NCBI GenBank assembly: GCA_032718475.1
Contig: JAUCBJ010004603.1
Location: 1-32,774, forward strand
DNA from: Nemertoderma westbladi
Taxonomy: Eukaryota > Animalia > Xenacoelomorpha
DNA: 32,774 nt
Reading direction: 5' to 3'
Below, piece after piece: positions 21,701 through 32,774 of this stretch. Both the position numbers and the translations under genes were made by a program. Position 1 is the first letter of the stretch. Every line of letters starts with the position of its first letter. A model generated the notes under the pieces. It was not told the DNA's origin. It was given only the letters and a program-made list of their open reading frames with translations, and searched no databases.

Positions 21701-24700
21701 GTATTTATGAGTGCACGCTAGGAGGCGTACTAATTGAGAGTATTTATGAGTGCACGCTAGGAGGCGTACTAATTGAATATATTTATGAGTGCACGCTAGG
21801 GGGCGTACTAATTGAGAGTATTTATGAGTGCACGCTAGGGGGCGTACTAATTGAGTGTATTTATGAGTGCACGCTAGGAGGCGTACTAATTGAGAGTATT
21901 TATGAGTGCACGCTAGGAGGCGTACTAATTGAATATATTTATGAGTGCACGCTAGGGGGCGTACTAATTGAGAGTATTTATGAGTGCACGCTAGGGGGCG
22001 TACTAATTGAGAGTATTTATGAGTGCACGCTAGGGGCTAGGGGGCGTACTAATTGAGTGTATTTATGAGTGCACGCTAGGGGGCGTACTAATTGAGAGTA
22101 TTTATGAGTGCACGCTAGGGGGCGTACTAATTGAGAGTATTTATGAGTGCACGCTAGGAGGCGTACTAATTGAGAGTATTTATGAGTGCACGCTAGGAGG
22201 CGTACTAATTGAGAGTATTTATGAGTGCACGCTAGGGGGCGTACTAATTGAGTGTATTTATGAGTGCACGCTAGGGGGCGTACTAATTGAGAGTATTTAT
22301 GAGTGCACGCTAGGAGGCGTACTAATTGAGAGTATTTATGAGTGCACGCTAGGAGGCGTACTAATTGAATATATTTATGAGTGCACGCTAGGGGGCGTAC
22401 TAATTGAGTGTATTTATGAGTGCACGCTAGGGGGCGTACTAATTGAGTGTATTTATGAGTGCACGCTAGGAGGCGTACTAATTGAGAGTATTTATGAGTG
22501 CACGCTAGGGGGCGTACTAATTGAGAGTATTTATGAGTGCACGCTAGGGGGCGTACTAATTGAGAGTATTTATGAGTGCACGCTAGGGGGCGTACTAATT
22601 GAGAGTATTTATGAGTGCACGCTAGGGGGCGTACTAATTGAGAGTATTTATGAGTGCACGCTAGGGGGCGTACTAATTGAGAGTATTTATGAGTGCACGC
22701 TAGGGGGCGTACTAATTGAGAGTATTTATGAGTGCACGCTAGGGGGCGTACTAATTGAGTGTATTTATGAGTGCACGCTAGGGGGCGTACTAATTGAGTG
22801 TATTTATGAGTGCACGCTAGGGGGCTTACTAATTGAGTGTATTTATGAGTGCACGCTAGGGGGCGTACTAATTGAGTGTATTTATGAGTGCACGCTAGGA
22901 GGCGTACTAATTGAGTGTATTTATGAGTGCACGCTAGGGGGCGTACTAATTGAGAGTATTTATGAGTGCACGCTAGGGGGCGTACTAATTGAGTGTATTT
23001 ATGAGTGCACGCTAGGGGGCGTACTAATTGAGTGTATTTATGAGTGCACGCTAGGGGGCGTACTAATTGAGTGTATTTATGAGTGCACGCTAGGGGGCGT
23101 ACTAATTGAGTGTATTTATGAGTGCACGCTAGGAGGCGTACTAATTGAGAGTATTTATGAGTGCACGCTAGGGGGCGTACTAATTGAGAGTATTTATGAG
23201 TGCACGCTAGGGGGCGTACTAATTGAGAGTATTTATGAGTGCACGCTAGGGGGCGTACTAATTGAGAGTATTTATGAGTGCACGCTAGGGGGCGTACTAA
23301 TTGAGAGTATTTATGAGTGCACGCTAGGGGGCGTACTAATTGAGTGTATTTATGAGTGCACGCTAGGGGGCGTACTAATTGAGTGTATTTATGAGTGCAC
23401 GCTAGGAGGCGTACTAATTGAGAGTATTTATGAGTGCACGCTAGGGGGCGTACTAATTGAGTGTATTTATGAGTGCACGCTAGGAGGCGTACTAATTGAG
23501 AGTATTTATGAGTGCACGCTAGGGAGCGTACTAATTGAGAGTATTTATGAGTGCACGCTAGGAGGCGTACTAATTGAATATATTTATGAGTGCACGCTAG
23601 GGAGCGTACTAATTGAGAGTATTTATGAGTGCACGCTAGGGGGCGTACTAATTGAGAGTATTTATGAGTGCACGCTAGGGGGCGTACTAATTGAGAGTAT
23701 TTATGAGTGCACGCTAGGGGGCGTACTAATTGAGTGTATTTATGAGTGCACGCTAGGGGGCGTACTAATTGAGAGTATTTATGAGTGCACGCTAGGGGGC
23801 GTACTAATTGAGAGTATTTATGAGTGCACGCTAGGGGGCGTACTAATTGAGTGTATTTATGAGTGCACGCTAGGAGGCGTACTAATTGAGAGTATTTATG
23901 AGTGCACGCTAGGAGGCGTACTAATTGAATATATTTATGAGTGCACGCTAGGGGGCGTACTAATTGAGTATTTATGAGTGCACGTTAGGGGGCGTACTAA
24001 TTGAGAGTATTTATGAGTGCACGCTAGGAGGCGTACTAATTGAATATATTTATGAGTGCACGCTAGGGGGCGTACTAATTGAGTATTTATGGGTGCACGC
24101 TAGGGGGCGTACTAATTGAGAGTATTTATGAGTGCACGCTAGGGGGCGTACTAATTGAGAGTATTTATGAGTGCACGCTAGGGGGCGTACTAATTGAGAG
24201 TATTTATGAGTGCACGCTAGGGGGCGTACTAATTGAGAGTATTTATGAGTGCACGCTAGGGGGCGTACTAATTGAGAGTATTTATGAGTGCACGCTAGGG
24301 GGCGTACTAATTGAGTGTATTTATGAGTGCACGCTAGGAGGCGTACTAATTGAGAGTATTTATGAGTGCACGCTAGGAGGCGTACTAATTGAATATATTT
24401 ATGAGTGCACGCTAGGGGGCGTACTAATTGAGTATTTATGAGTGCACGTTAGGGGGCGTACTAATTGAGAGTATTTATGAGTGCACGCTAGGAGGCGTAC
24501 TAATTGAATATATTTATGAGTGCACGCTAGGGGGCGTACTAATTGAGTATTTATGGGTGCACGCTAGGGGGCGTACTAATTGAGAGTATTTATGAGTGCA
24601 CGCTAGGGGGCGTACTAATTGAGAGTATTTATGAGTGCACGCTAGGGGGCGTACTAATTGAGAGTATTTATGAGTGCACGCTAGGGGCTAGGGGGCGTAC

Positions 24701-27700
24701 TAATTGAGTGTATTTATGAATGCACGCTAGGGGGCGTACTAATTGAGAGTATTTATGAGTGCACGCTAGGGGGCGTACTAATTGAGAGTATTTATGAGTG
24801 CACGCTAGGAGGCGTACTAATTGAGAGTATTTATGAGTGCACGCTAGGGGCTAGGGGGCGTACTAATTGAGTGTATTTATGAGTGCACGCTAGGGGGCGT
24901 ACTAATTGAGAGTATTTATGAGTGCACGCTAGGGGGCGTACTAATTGAGAGTATTTATGAGTGCACGCTAGGAGGCGTACTAATTGAGAGTATTTATGAG
25001 TGCACGCTAGGAGGCGTACTAATTGAATATATTTATGAGTGCACGCTAGGAGGCGTACTAATTGAGTATTTATGCGTGCACGCTAGGGGGCGTACTAATT
25101 GAGTATATTTATGCGTGCACGCTAGGGGGCGTACTAATTGAGTGTATTTATGAGTGCACGCTAGGGGGCGTACTAATTGAGAGTATTTATGAGTGCACGC
25201 TAGGGGGCGTACTAATTGAGAGTATTTATGAGTGCACGCTAGGGGGCGTACTAATTGAGTGTATTTATGAGTGCACGCTAGGGGGCGTACTAATTGAGAG
25301 TATTTATGAGTGCACGCTAGGGGGCGTACTAATTGAGAGTATTTATGAGTGCACGCTAGGGGGCGTACTAATTGAGAGTATTTATGAGTGCACGCTAGGG
25401 GGCGTACTAATTGAGAGTATTTATGAGTGCACGCTAGGAGGCGTACTAATTGAGTATTTATGAGTGCACGCTAGGGGGCGTACTAATTGAGAGTATTTAT
25501 GAGTGCACGCTAGGGGGCGTACTAATTGAGTGTATTTATGAGTGCACGCTAGGGGGCGTACTAATTGAGAGTATTTATGAGTGCACGCTAGGGGGCGTAC
25601 TAATTGAGAGTATTTATGAGTGCACGCTAGGGGGCGTACTAATTGAGAGTATTTATGAGTGCACGCTAGGGGGCGTACTAATTGAGAGTATTTATGAGTG
25701 CACGCTAGGGGGCGTACTAATTGAGAGTATTTATGAGTGCACGCTAGGGGGCGTACTAATTGAGAGTATTTATGAGTGCACGCTAGGGGGCGTACTAATT
25801 GAGAGTATTTATGCGTGCACGCTAGGGGGCGTACTAATTGAGAGTATTTATGAGTGCACGCTAGGGGGCGTACTAATTGAGTGTATTTATGAGTGCACGC
25901 TAGGGGGCGTACTAATTGAGAGTATTTATGAGTGCACGCTAGGGGGCGTACTAATTGAGAGTATTTATGAGTGCACGCTAGGGGGCGTACTAATTGAGAG
26001 TATTTATGAGTGCACGCTAGGGGGCGTACTAATTGAGAGTATTTATGAGTGCACGCTAGGAGGCGTACTAATTGAGTATTTATGCGTGCACGCTAGGGGG
26101 CGTACTAATTGAGTGTATTTATGCGTGCACGCTAGGGGGCGTACTAATTGAGTGTATTTATGAGTGCACGCTAGGGGGCGTACTAATTGAGAGTATTTAT
26201 GAGTGCACGCTAGGGGGCGTACTAATTGAGAGTATTTATGAGTGCACGCTAGGGGGCGTACTAATTGAGTGTATTTATGAGTGCACGCTAGGGGGCGTAC
26301 TAATTGAGTGTATTTATGCGTGCACGCTAGGGGGCGTACTAATTGAGTGTATTTATGAGTGCACGCTAGGGGGCGTACTAATTGAGTGTATTTATGAGTG
26401 CACGCTAGGGGGCGTACTAATTGAGTGTATTTATGAGTGCACGCTAGGGGGCGTACTAATTGAGTGTATTTATGCGTGCACGCTAGGGGGCGTACTAATT
26501 GAGAGTATTTATGAGTGCACGCTAGGGGTCGTACTAATTGAATATATTTATGAGTGCACGCTAGGGGGCGTACTAATTGAGTGTATTTATGAGTGCACGC
26601 TAGGGGGCGTACTAATTGAGTGTATTTATGCGTGCACGCTAGGGGGCGTACTAATTGAGTGTATTTATGAGTGCACGCTAGGGGGCATACTAATTGAGTG
26701 TATTTATGAGTGCACGCTAGGGGGCGTACTAATTGAGTGTATTTATGAGTGCACGCTAGGGGGCGTACTAATTGAGTGTATTTATGAGTGCACATTAGGG
26801 GGCGTACTAATTGAGTGTATTTATGCGTGCACGCTAGGGGGCGTACTAATTGAGTGTATTTATGAGTGCACGCTAGGGGGCGTACTAATTGAGTGTATTT
26901 ATGAGTGCACGCTAGGGGGCGTACTAATTGAGTGTATTTATGAGTGCACGCTAGGGGGCGTACTAATTGAGTGTATTTATGAGTGCACGCTAGGGGGCGT
27001 ACTAATTGAGTGTATTTATGAGTGCACGCTAGGGGGCGTACTAATTGAGTGTATTTATGAGTGCACGCTAGGAGGCGTACTAATTGAATATATTTATGAG
27101 TGCACGCTAGGAGGCGTACTAATTGAGTATTTATGCGTGCACGCTAGGGGCGTACTAATTGAGTGTATTTCTGCGTGCACACTAGGGGGCATACTAATTG
27201 AGTGTATTTATGAGTGCACGCTAGGGGGCGTACTAATTGAGTGTATTTATGAGTGCACGCTAGGGGGCGTACTAATTGAGTGTATTTATGAGTGCACGCT
27301 AGGGGGCGTACTAATTGAGTGTATTTATGAGTGCACGCTAGGGGGCGTACTAATTGAGTGTATTTATGAGTGCACGCTAGGGGGCGTACTAATTGAGTGT
27401 ATTTATGAGTGCACGCTAGGAGGCGTACTAATTGAATATATTTATGAGTGCACGCTAGGAGGCGTACTAATTGAGTATTTATGCGTGCACGCTAGGGGGC
27501 GTACTAATTGAGTGTATTTATGCGTGCACGCTAGGGGGCGTACTAATTGAGAGTATTTATGAGTGCACGCTAGGGGGCGTACTAATTGAGAGTATTTATG
27601 AGTGCACGCTAGGGGGCGTACTAATTGAGAGTATTTATGAGTGCACGCTAGGGGGCGTACTAATTGAGTGTATTTATGAGTGCACGCTAGGGGGCGTACT

Positions 27701-29088
27701 AATTGAGAGTATTTATGAGTGCATGCTAGGGGGCGTACTAATTGAGAGTATTTATGAGTGCACGCTAGGGGGCGTACTAATTGAGAGTATTTATGAGTGC
27801 ACGCTAGGGGGCGTACTAATTGAGAGTATTTATGAGTGCACGCTAGGAGGCGTACTAATTGAGTATTTATGCGTGCACGCTATGGGGCGTACTAATTGAG
27901 TGTATTTATGCGTGCACGCTAGGGGGCGTACTAATTGAGTGTATTTATGAGTGCACGCTAGGGGGCGTACTAATTGAGAGTATTTATGAGTGCACGCTAG
28001 GGGGCGTACTAATTGAGAGTATTTATGAGTACACGCTAGGGGGCGTACTAATTGAGTGTATTTATGAGTGCACGCTAGGGGGCGTACTAATTGAGTGTAT
28101 TTATGCGTGCACGCTAGGGGGCGTACTAATTGAGTGTATTTATGAGTGCACGCTAGGGGGCGTACTAATTGAGTGTATTTATGAGTGCACGCTAGGGGGC
28201 GTACTAATTGAGTGTATTTATGAGTGCACGCTAGGGGGTGTACTAATTGAGTGTATTTATGAGTGCACGCTAGGGGGCGTACTAATTGAGTGTATTTATG
28301 CGTGCACGCTAGGGGGCGTACTAATTGAGAGTATTTATGAGTGCACGCTAGGGGGCGTACTAATTGAATATATTTATGAGTGCACGCTAGGGGGCGTACT
28401 AATTGAGTGTATTTATGAGTGCACGCTAGGGGGCGTACTAATTGAGTGTATTTATGCGTGCACGCTAGGGGGCGTACTAATTGAGTGTATTTATGAGTGC
28501 ACGCTAGGGGGCATACTAATTGAGTGTATTTATGAGTGCACGCTAGGGGGCGTACTAATTGAGTGTATTTATGAGTGCACGCTAGGGGGCGTACTAATTG
28601 AGTGTATTTATGAGTGCACGTTAGGGGGCGTACTAATTGAGTGTATTTATGCGTGCACGCTAGGGGGTGTACTAATTGAGTGTATTTATGAGTGCACGCT
28701 AGGGGGCGTACTAATTGAGTGTATTTATGAGTTCACGCTAGGGGGCGTACTGATTGAGTGTATTTATGAGTGCATGCTAGGGGGCGTACTAATTGAGTGT
28801 ATTTATGAGTGCACGCTAGGGGCTAGGGGGCGTACTAATTGAGTGTATTTATGAGTGCACGCTAGGGGGCATACTAATTGAGTGTATTTATGAGTGCACG
28901 CTAGGGGGCGTACTAATTGAGTGTATCTATGAGTGCACGCTAGGGGGCGTACTAATTGAGTATTTATGAGTGCACGCTAGGGGGCGTACTAATTGAGAGT
29001 ATTTATGAGTGCACGCTAGGGGGCGTACTAATTGGGTATTTATGAGTGCACGCTAGGGGGCGTACTAATTGAGTGTATTTATGAGTGC
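18751..29088 (+). repeat. 39-bp tandem satellite, ~265 copies (GAGTGCACGCTAGGGGGCGTACTAATTGAG[A/T]GTATTTAT)
   Basis: Period measured directly (18792 to 18831); head-to-tail, no spacers, few recurring variants; 37-bp deletion variants shift the spurious ORF frames. Confidence 0.99.
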
Positions 29089-29142
29089 GAACATCATGTT
29101 TTAGCTTTAAAATAATTTATAAATTTTTTACTTTCGTTTGAT

Positions 29143-29617
29143 GGCCATGTGAAGAAAACGTGACAAGAAACTTCGGTCGACTTTTTATTGGAATTTTATA
29201 TATGAAGATTTTTTATTTTTTTAAATTTATCTTTATTAAGTGTTTTATAGCGCTTATTTCTGCCTTATAACCTGTACATATACTAATTCGTTTATTGTTT
29301 TGGTTAGATTCAGCCCTTCTGTAACCTGTGTTTTTGGTGAAAACCTGGTATTCTTCACATGAGGGTAACTGCAAAGTGAAATATAAAGGCAGAAAACCTG
29401 GTATTCTTCACATGGGGGTAACTGCAAAGAGAAATATAAAGGCAGAAAACCTGGTATTCTTCACATGGGGGTAACTGCAAAGTGAAATATAAAGGCAGAA
29501 AACCTGGTATTCTTCACATGGGGGTAACTGCAAAGTGAAATATAAAGGCAGAAAACCTGGTATTCTTCACATGGGGGTAACTGCAAAGTGAAATATAAAG
29601 GCAGAAAACCTGGTATT
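29143..29617. mobile_element. Second copy of the 6159-6438 element with an expanded 53-bp terminal tandem repeat (~5 copies), cut by the LTR insertion
   Basis: 29175-29400 matches the reverse complement of ~6170-6403; CCTGGTATTCTTCACATG recurs at 29344, 29397, 29450 and onward with a 53-bp period. Confidence 0.88.
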
Positions 29618-30171
29618 TGTGACGGGATCCGAGAGGATCCCGGTTTATCCGGTGTTGTTTGTGTACGCGTCAGCCGCACCGTGTGATGGAAAAGGTGATG
29701 TTCGTTGTTCCGACGTTCTTAATAAGATATAGGCTAGTATACAATATGTAGATAGCATATAGATTGTGTAAACTGATACTAGAGATAACAGGTAATTGGT
29801 GACGGCGATGACGGTCTTAACTGTCACCGTACTGCCTTGACTGTACTGGGATAACTGGACAAATGACATAAAGACTGGTAATATATATTGCACGGTTGGC
29901 CGCATACACTACTCAGCCGATGCCTTCCCCCCATTGGCTAATAACCCTGTTGTCGCCCTTCTACTTCCCTGGGTGTGCTTCCCCCCTGCTGCTATCTCTC
30001 TCTCTCTCCCGGAGGTATAACCTCTGACCCCCGCTGTGTGTGTTCCCTTGGGGCCTATTGTCCCCGCTTATTGGGGTGATACAAGGTTGATTGGTAATCA
30101 ACCTTGTAGTTCCAATATTGCTTAAACCTCACTTTATGGGGCTTGATGTGGCGGAATTGAATACGCTCACA
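29618..30171 (-). mobile_element. 3' LTR (554 bp) of a minus-strand LTR retrotransposon
   Basis: Begins TGTGA where the 53-bp repeat breaks off and ends TCACA; directly abutted by CTCCCCCCC (polypurine tract GGGGGGGAG on the minus strand, 30172-30180). The second LTR is outside the window. Confidence 0.8.
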
Positions 30172-30399
30172 CTCCCCCCCATGCTATCTTCCCGGTGAGA
30201 AGATAGCATCAACCTCTAAGTGCGCTTCAATTCCGCTGGAACTCGATCTATTATCGGGTGTGGGGTGGAGTTATTTTCTTGGAGTCGGCTTTCCAGGCCG
30301 CTCCCTATGGGTATGATGTCACTACCCTCTGGCGTCTCGTGTCGGGCCGATCGTGCGCTTCTCTCACACAATTTTTGTTTCCCCAACACTCTCGCCACT

Positions 30400-31790
30400 C
30401 TAACTAACTCCGCTCTAACTCCCCTCTTACTCTCTCCCCACTCTTACACTCTCCCCACACCTGAATCGCACTCTAACTTCTCTCCATACTCCTCTCTACT
30501 CTCTACCACTCCCTAAGGCCCTAATCTCTAATGCTACCCCTGTGCTATCATACTATCTACCTACTACTTACTTGCTAACTATCTAACTCTCTACTAACTC
30601 TCCGACTCTAACTAGCTCTACTAAGTCTAACTAACTCCTACTAACTCTCTACTTCTACTAACTCTCTCTAACTCTTACCAACTCTTCTAACTACGTGGCG
30701 CTTAGGGTGCCCACGACCCCTCTACTACTAACTCTAACTAAAACCCTCTAAGTCTACCAACTCTCTAGCCCTTTAACTAGAACTCTCTAACTCTACCCAC
30801 TCTTCTAACTACGTGGCGCTTGCGGTGCCCACAACCACTCTACTATCTGGCACCCTATGTGCCCGTCTCTACTACTCTACTACCTGGCACCCTATGTGCC
30901 CTCTCTACTACTCTACTACCTGGCACCCTATGTGCCCTCTCTACTACTCTACTACCTCTCTAACTCTACTACCTGGCACCCTATGTGCCCGTCTCTACTA
31001 TTCTACTCTCTATCTGCCCCCTTTACGTCTCCTCGCCTGCACGTGACGCTCTGAGTGCCGGCAGAGTGGGTACGTTAATTATGTGAACTACTACTAACTC
31101 TTACTAACTCTACTAACTCACTCTAACTAACTCTACTACTAACTCAACTAACTCTACTACTAACTCTTACTAACTCTACTACTAACTTCTTGTGCCCGGC
31201 ACCTCTTGTGCCCGGCACCCACCCTAATTAACATACCCTGCTCTTACATCAAACACGTCATCACGCCCGTGCCCCACTTAGTTCAACGCATCCCCTACTA
31301 ACTCTAACTACGTGGCGCTTGCGGTGCCCACAACCACTCTGCTTACTACTTCCTACGTGGCGCTTACGGTGCCCACAACCTCTACTGCTACTACTTTCTA
31401 CGTGGCGCTTACGGTGCCCACAACCCTCTACTGCTCTACTAACTTTCTAACTAACGGTACTACGTACCCTCTTACTAACTATATCTCTATCTAACTAGCG
31501 GTACTACTCTCTTACTACCTAACTTCTACCTACTAACGGTACTACGTACCCTCTTACTAACTCCTCTAACTCTCTCTACTAACGGTACTATGTACCCTCT
31601 TACCAACTTCTCTAACTCTCTCTACTAACTAACGGTACTACGTACCCTCTTACTAACTTCCTAACTCTACTCTACTAACTACAGTACTACGTACCCTCTT
31701 ACTAACTATCTAACCTCTCTAACTAACGGTACTACGTACCCTCTTACTACTTCTAACTTAACTAGCTATCTACTTACTTTCTGACTTTCT
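30400..31790. repeat. Strand-asymmetric CTA/CTAA-rich tract with three families of short hairpin repeats
   Basis: G nearly absent on + except in GTGGCGCTT(A/G)CGGTGCCCAC (x5), GGCACCCTATGTGCC (x4) and GGTACTACGTACC (x~6). Confidence 0.9.
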
Positions 31791-31845
31791 ACTTATTTAT
31801 TATTTAATTATTTTTATTATTTATTTTTATTTTTTAATTAAATAA

Positions 31846-32772
31846 TTATTTTGCGTGGGAAGGGCGTCTCGCCCTCATTCCCACCCCCCTCAGTCCAAAA
31901 CATTGGACGACTAAAACTCTAAGGTGCCCCTTCTTCCAGTAGGCACTCTCCCACTGCCCTCCTATACGTCCTCTTACTCTTCGCCACACTTTCTTAGACA
32001 CTACCTCTGCTGGCCTCCCCCTTAGTATGTGCGCTGGCATTAAAGGCCTCGACGACCCCCGTCCGTCCTTCGGTATACACGACGTCTGCCCATGTAATGC
32101 CCCCTCGCACTCTGTCAGTCCCGCGTGCGTATGCAACACGCCTCCTGCTTTCCTGAGTCCTTTGTTATGTCCACCCACGGACCTCTCTGCCCCTGGTCTA
32201 ATCCTCTCACATCCTCTCCCTTTCCATCTTGTCTTCTTACTCGACCTCCCCCTTGTCGGTATGCCTCTCAACCGGACCGGCGTCTCTTCCGGACACTCCT
32301 CTGGACTATTGTCCTCCTGACACTCCACCGGACACTCCTCCGGTTTGTCCTCCGGACATTTCGCCGTCCGCTCCTCTCTATCTCCATACCGATACTTGCT
32401 GGGATACCCATTCTCCTCCGCCCATTCTCTGACTGTTACTTCCTCGGGTAGTACTTTTCTCTTCTTTCTTGCCACTGTCGTGCTTGTAGCTGCTGTTTCT
32501 CTACACTCTCCGGGTCTGTGTCCTTCTACCACACATCGATGACATAGTCCGTTTGCGTCTGCGTAGGCTATACGATCTTGTTTGGGGCAACGCTTGCCAG
32601 TGCTTACAACTCTTGGTCTTATGGGTTCCGTCCGATGTAATTGACATTCGAATCCTGTATTATAGCGTTTCCTGTATAGTCCCTCACGTATCGCGCCTAG
32701 GTTCATATGTACCGATTTAGTGTTTTGGTTGTCTAGACTCGGCCTACTGGGTATATTGGGATTGTGTTTATT
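31846..32772 (-). CDS. Gag-like nucleocapsid ORF with CCHC zinc knuckle (open beyond the window edge)
   Basis: CHRCVVEGHRPGEC = CX2CX4HX4C; the frame stays open upstream of the ATG at 32706 to the window end; basic C-terminus and (CPE/PEE) repeats. Confidence 0.7.
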   Translation of the reverse strand, partial: NKHNPNIPSRPSLDNQNTKSVHMNLGAIREGLYRKRYNTGFECQLHRTEPIRPRVVSTGKRCPKQDRIAYADANGLCHRCVVEGHRPGECRETAATSTTVARKKRKVLPEEVTVREWAEENGYPSKYRYGDREERTAKCPEDKPEECPVECQEDNSPEECPEETPVRLRGIPTRGRSSKKTRWKGRGCERIRPGAERSVGGHNKGLRKAGGVLHTHAGLTECEGALHGQTSCIPKDGRGSSRPLMPAHILRGRPAEVVSKKVWRRVRGRIGGQWESAYWKKGHLRVLVVQCFGLRGVGMRARRPSHAK

Positions 32773-32774
32773 TG

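Larger units (their letters stand above)
30172..32774 (-). mobile_element. Internal region of the LTR element (gag 3' part plus low-complexity 3' region, no pol)
   Basis: PPT and gag-like ORF share orientation; no protease, RT, RNase H or integrase motifs between them. Confidence 0.7.

Noticed and set aside
19359-28842. Long ORFs of (IYECTLGGVLIES)n and (CTHKYTQLVRPLA)n
   Set aside because: A 39-bp unit divisible by 3 with a stop-free frame gives these automatically; starts are mostly TTG and 2-bp deletions shift the frame repeatedly.
18751-29088. CRISPR array next to an RT gene
   Set aside because: Monomers are contiguous with no unique spacers, there are no cas genes, and the RT is of eukaryotic non-LTR type.
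18751-29088. MRE (TGCACGC), XRE (TAGCGTG) and homeodomain (TAATTG, TTTATG) sites in the monomer
   Set aside because: 6-7-bp motifs are expected by chance and cannot be supported from sequence alone.
18751-29088. Telomeric repeat (TAGGG-containing)
   Set aside because: Unit is 39 bp, the array is interstitial with ordinary flanks on both sides, and there are no canonical short telomere repeats.

Overview
Repeat-rich eukaryotic (probably invertebrate animal) genomic DNA with no CRISPR array, operon or RNA gene that I can support. It contains: a possible first coding exon of a secreted protein running off the left edge; a 5'-truncated and a full-length copy of one RTE-clade LINE (the full-length copy has a 10-bp TSD, an intact EN-RT frame and a TAA stop just upstream of the first endonuclease motif); a decayed CR1-type LINE; several MITE-like elements and minisatellites; a stack of LINE 3' ends; a PHD-finger-like exon; an intact endonuclease-less RT ORF inserted in the first monomer of a ~10.3-kb homogeneous 39-bp tandem array whose monomer carries a CTCF-like motif; and the 3' part of an LTR retrotransposon with a gag-like ORF, no pol, and a long stem-loop/UAG-rich 3' region. 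All calls were made by eye from motifs and junctions, with no database searches, so clade assignments are tentative.
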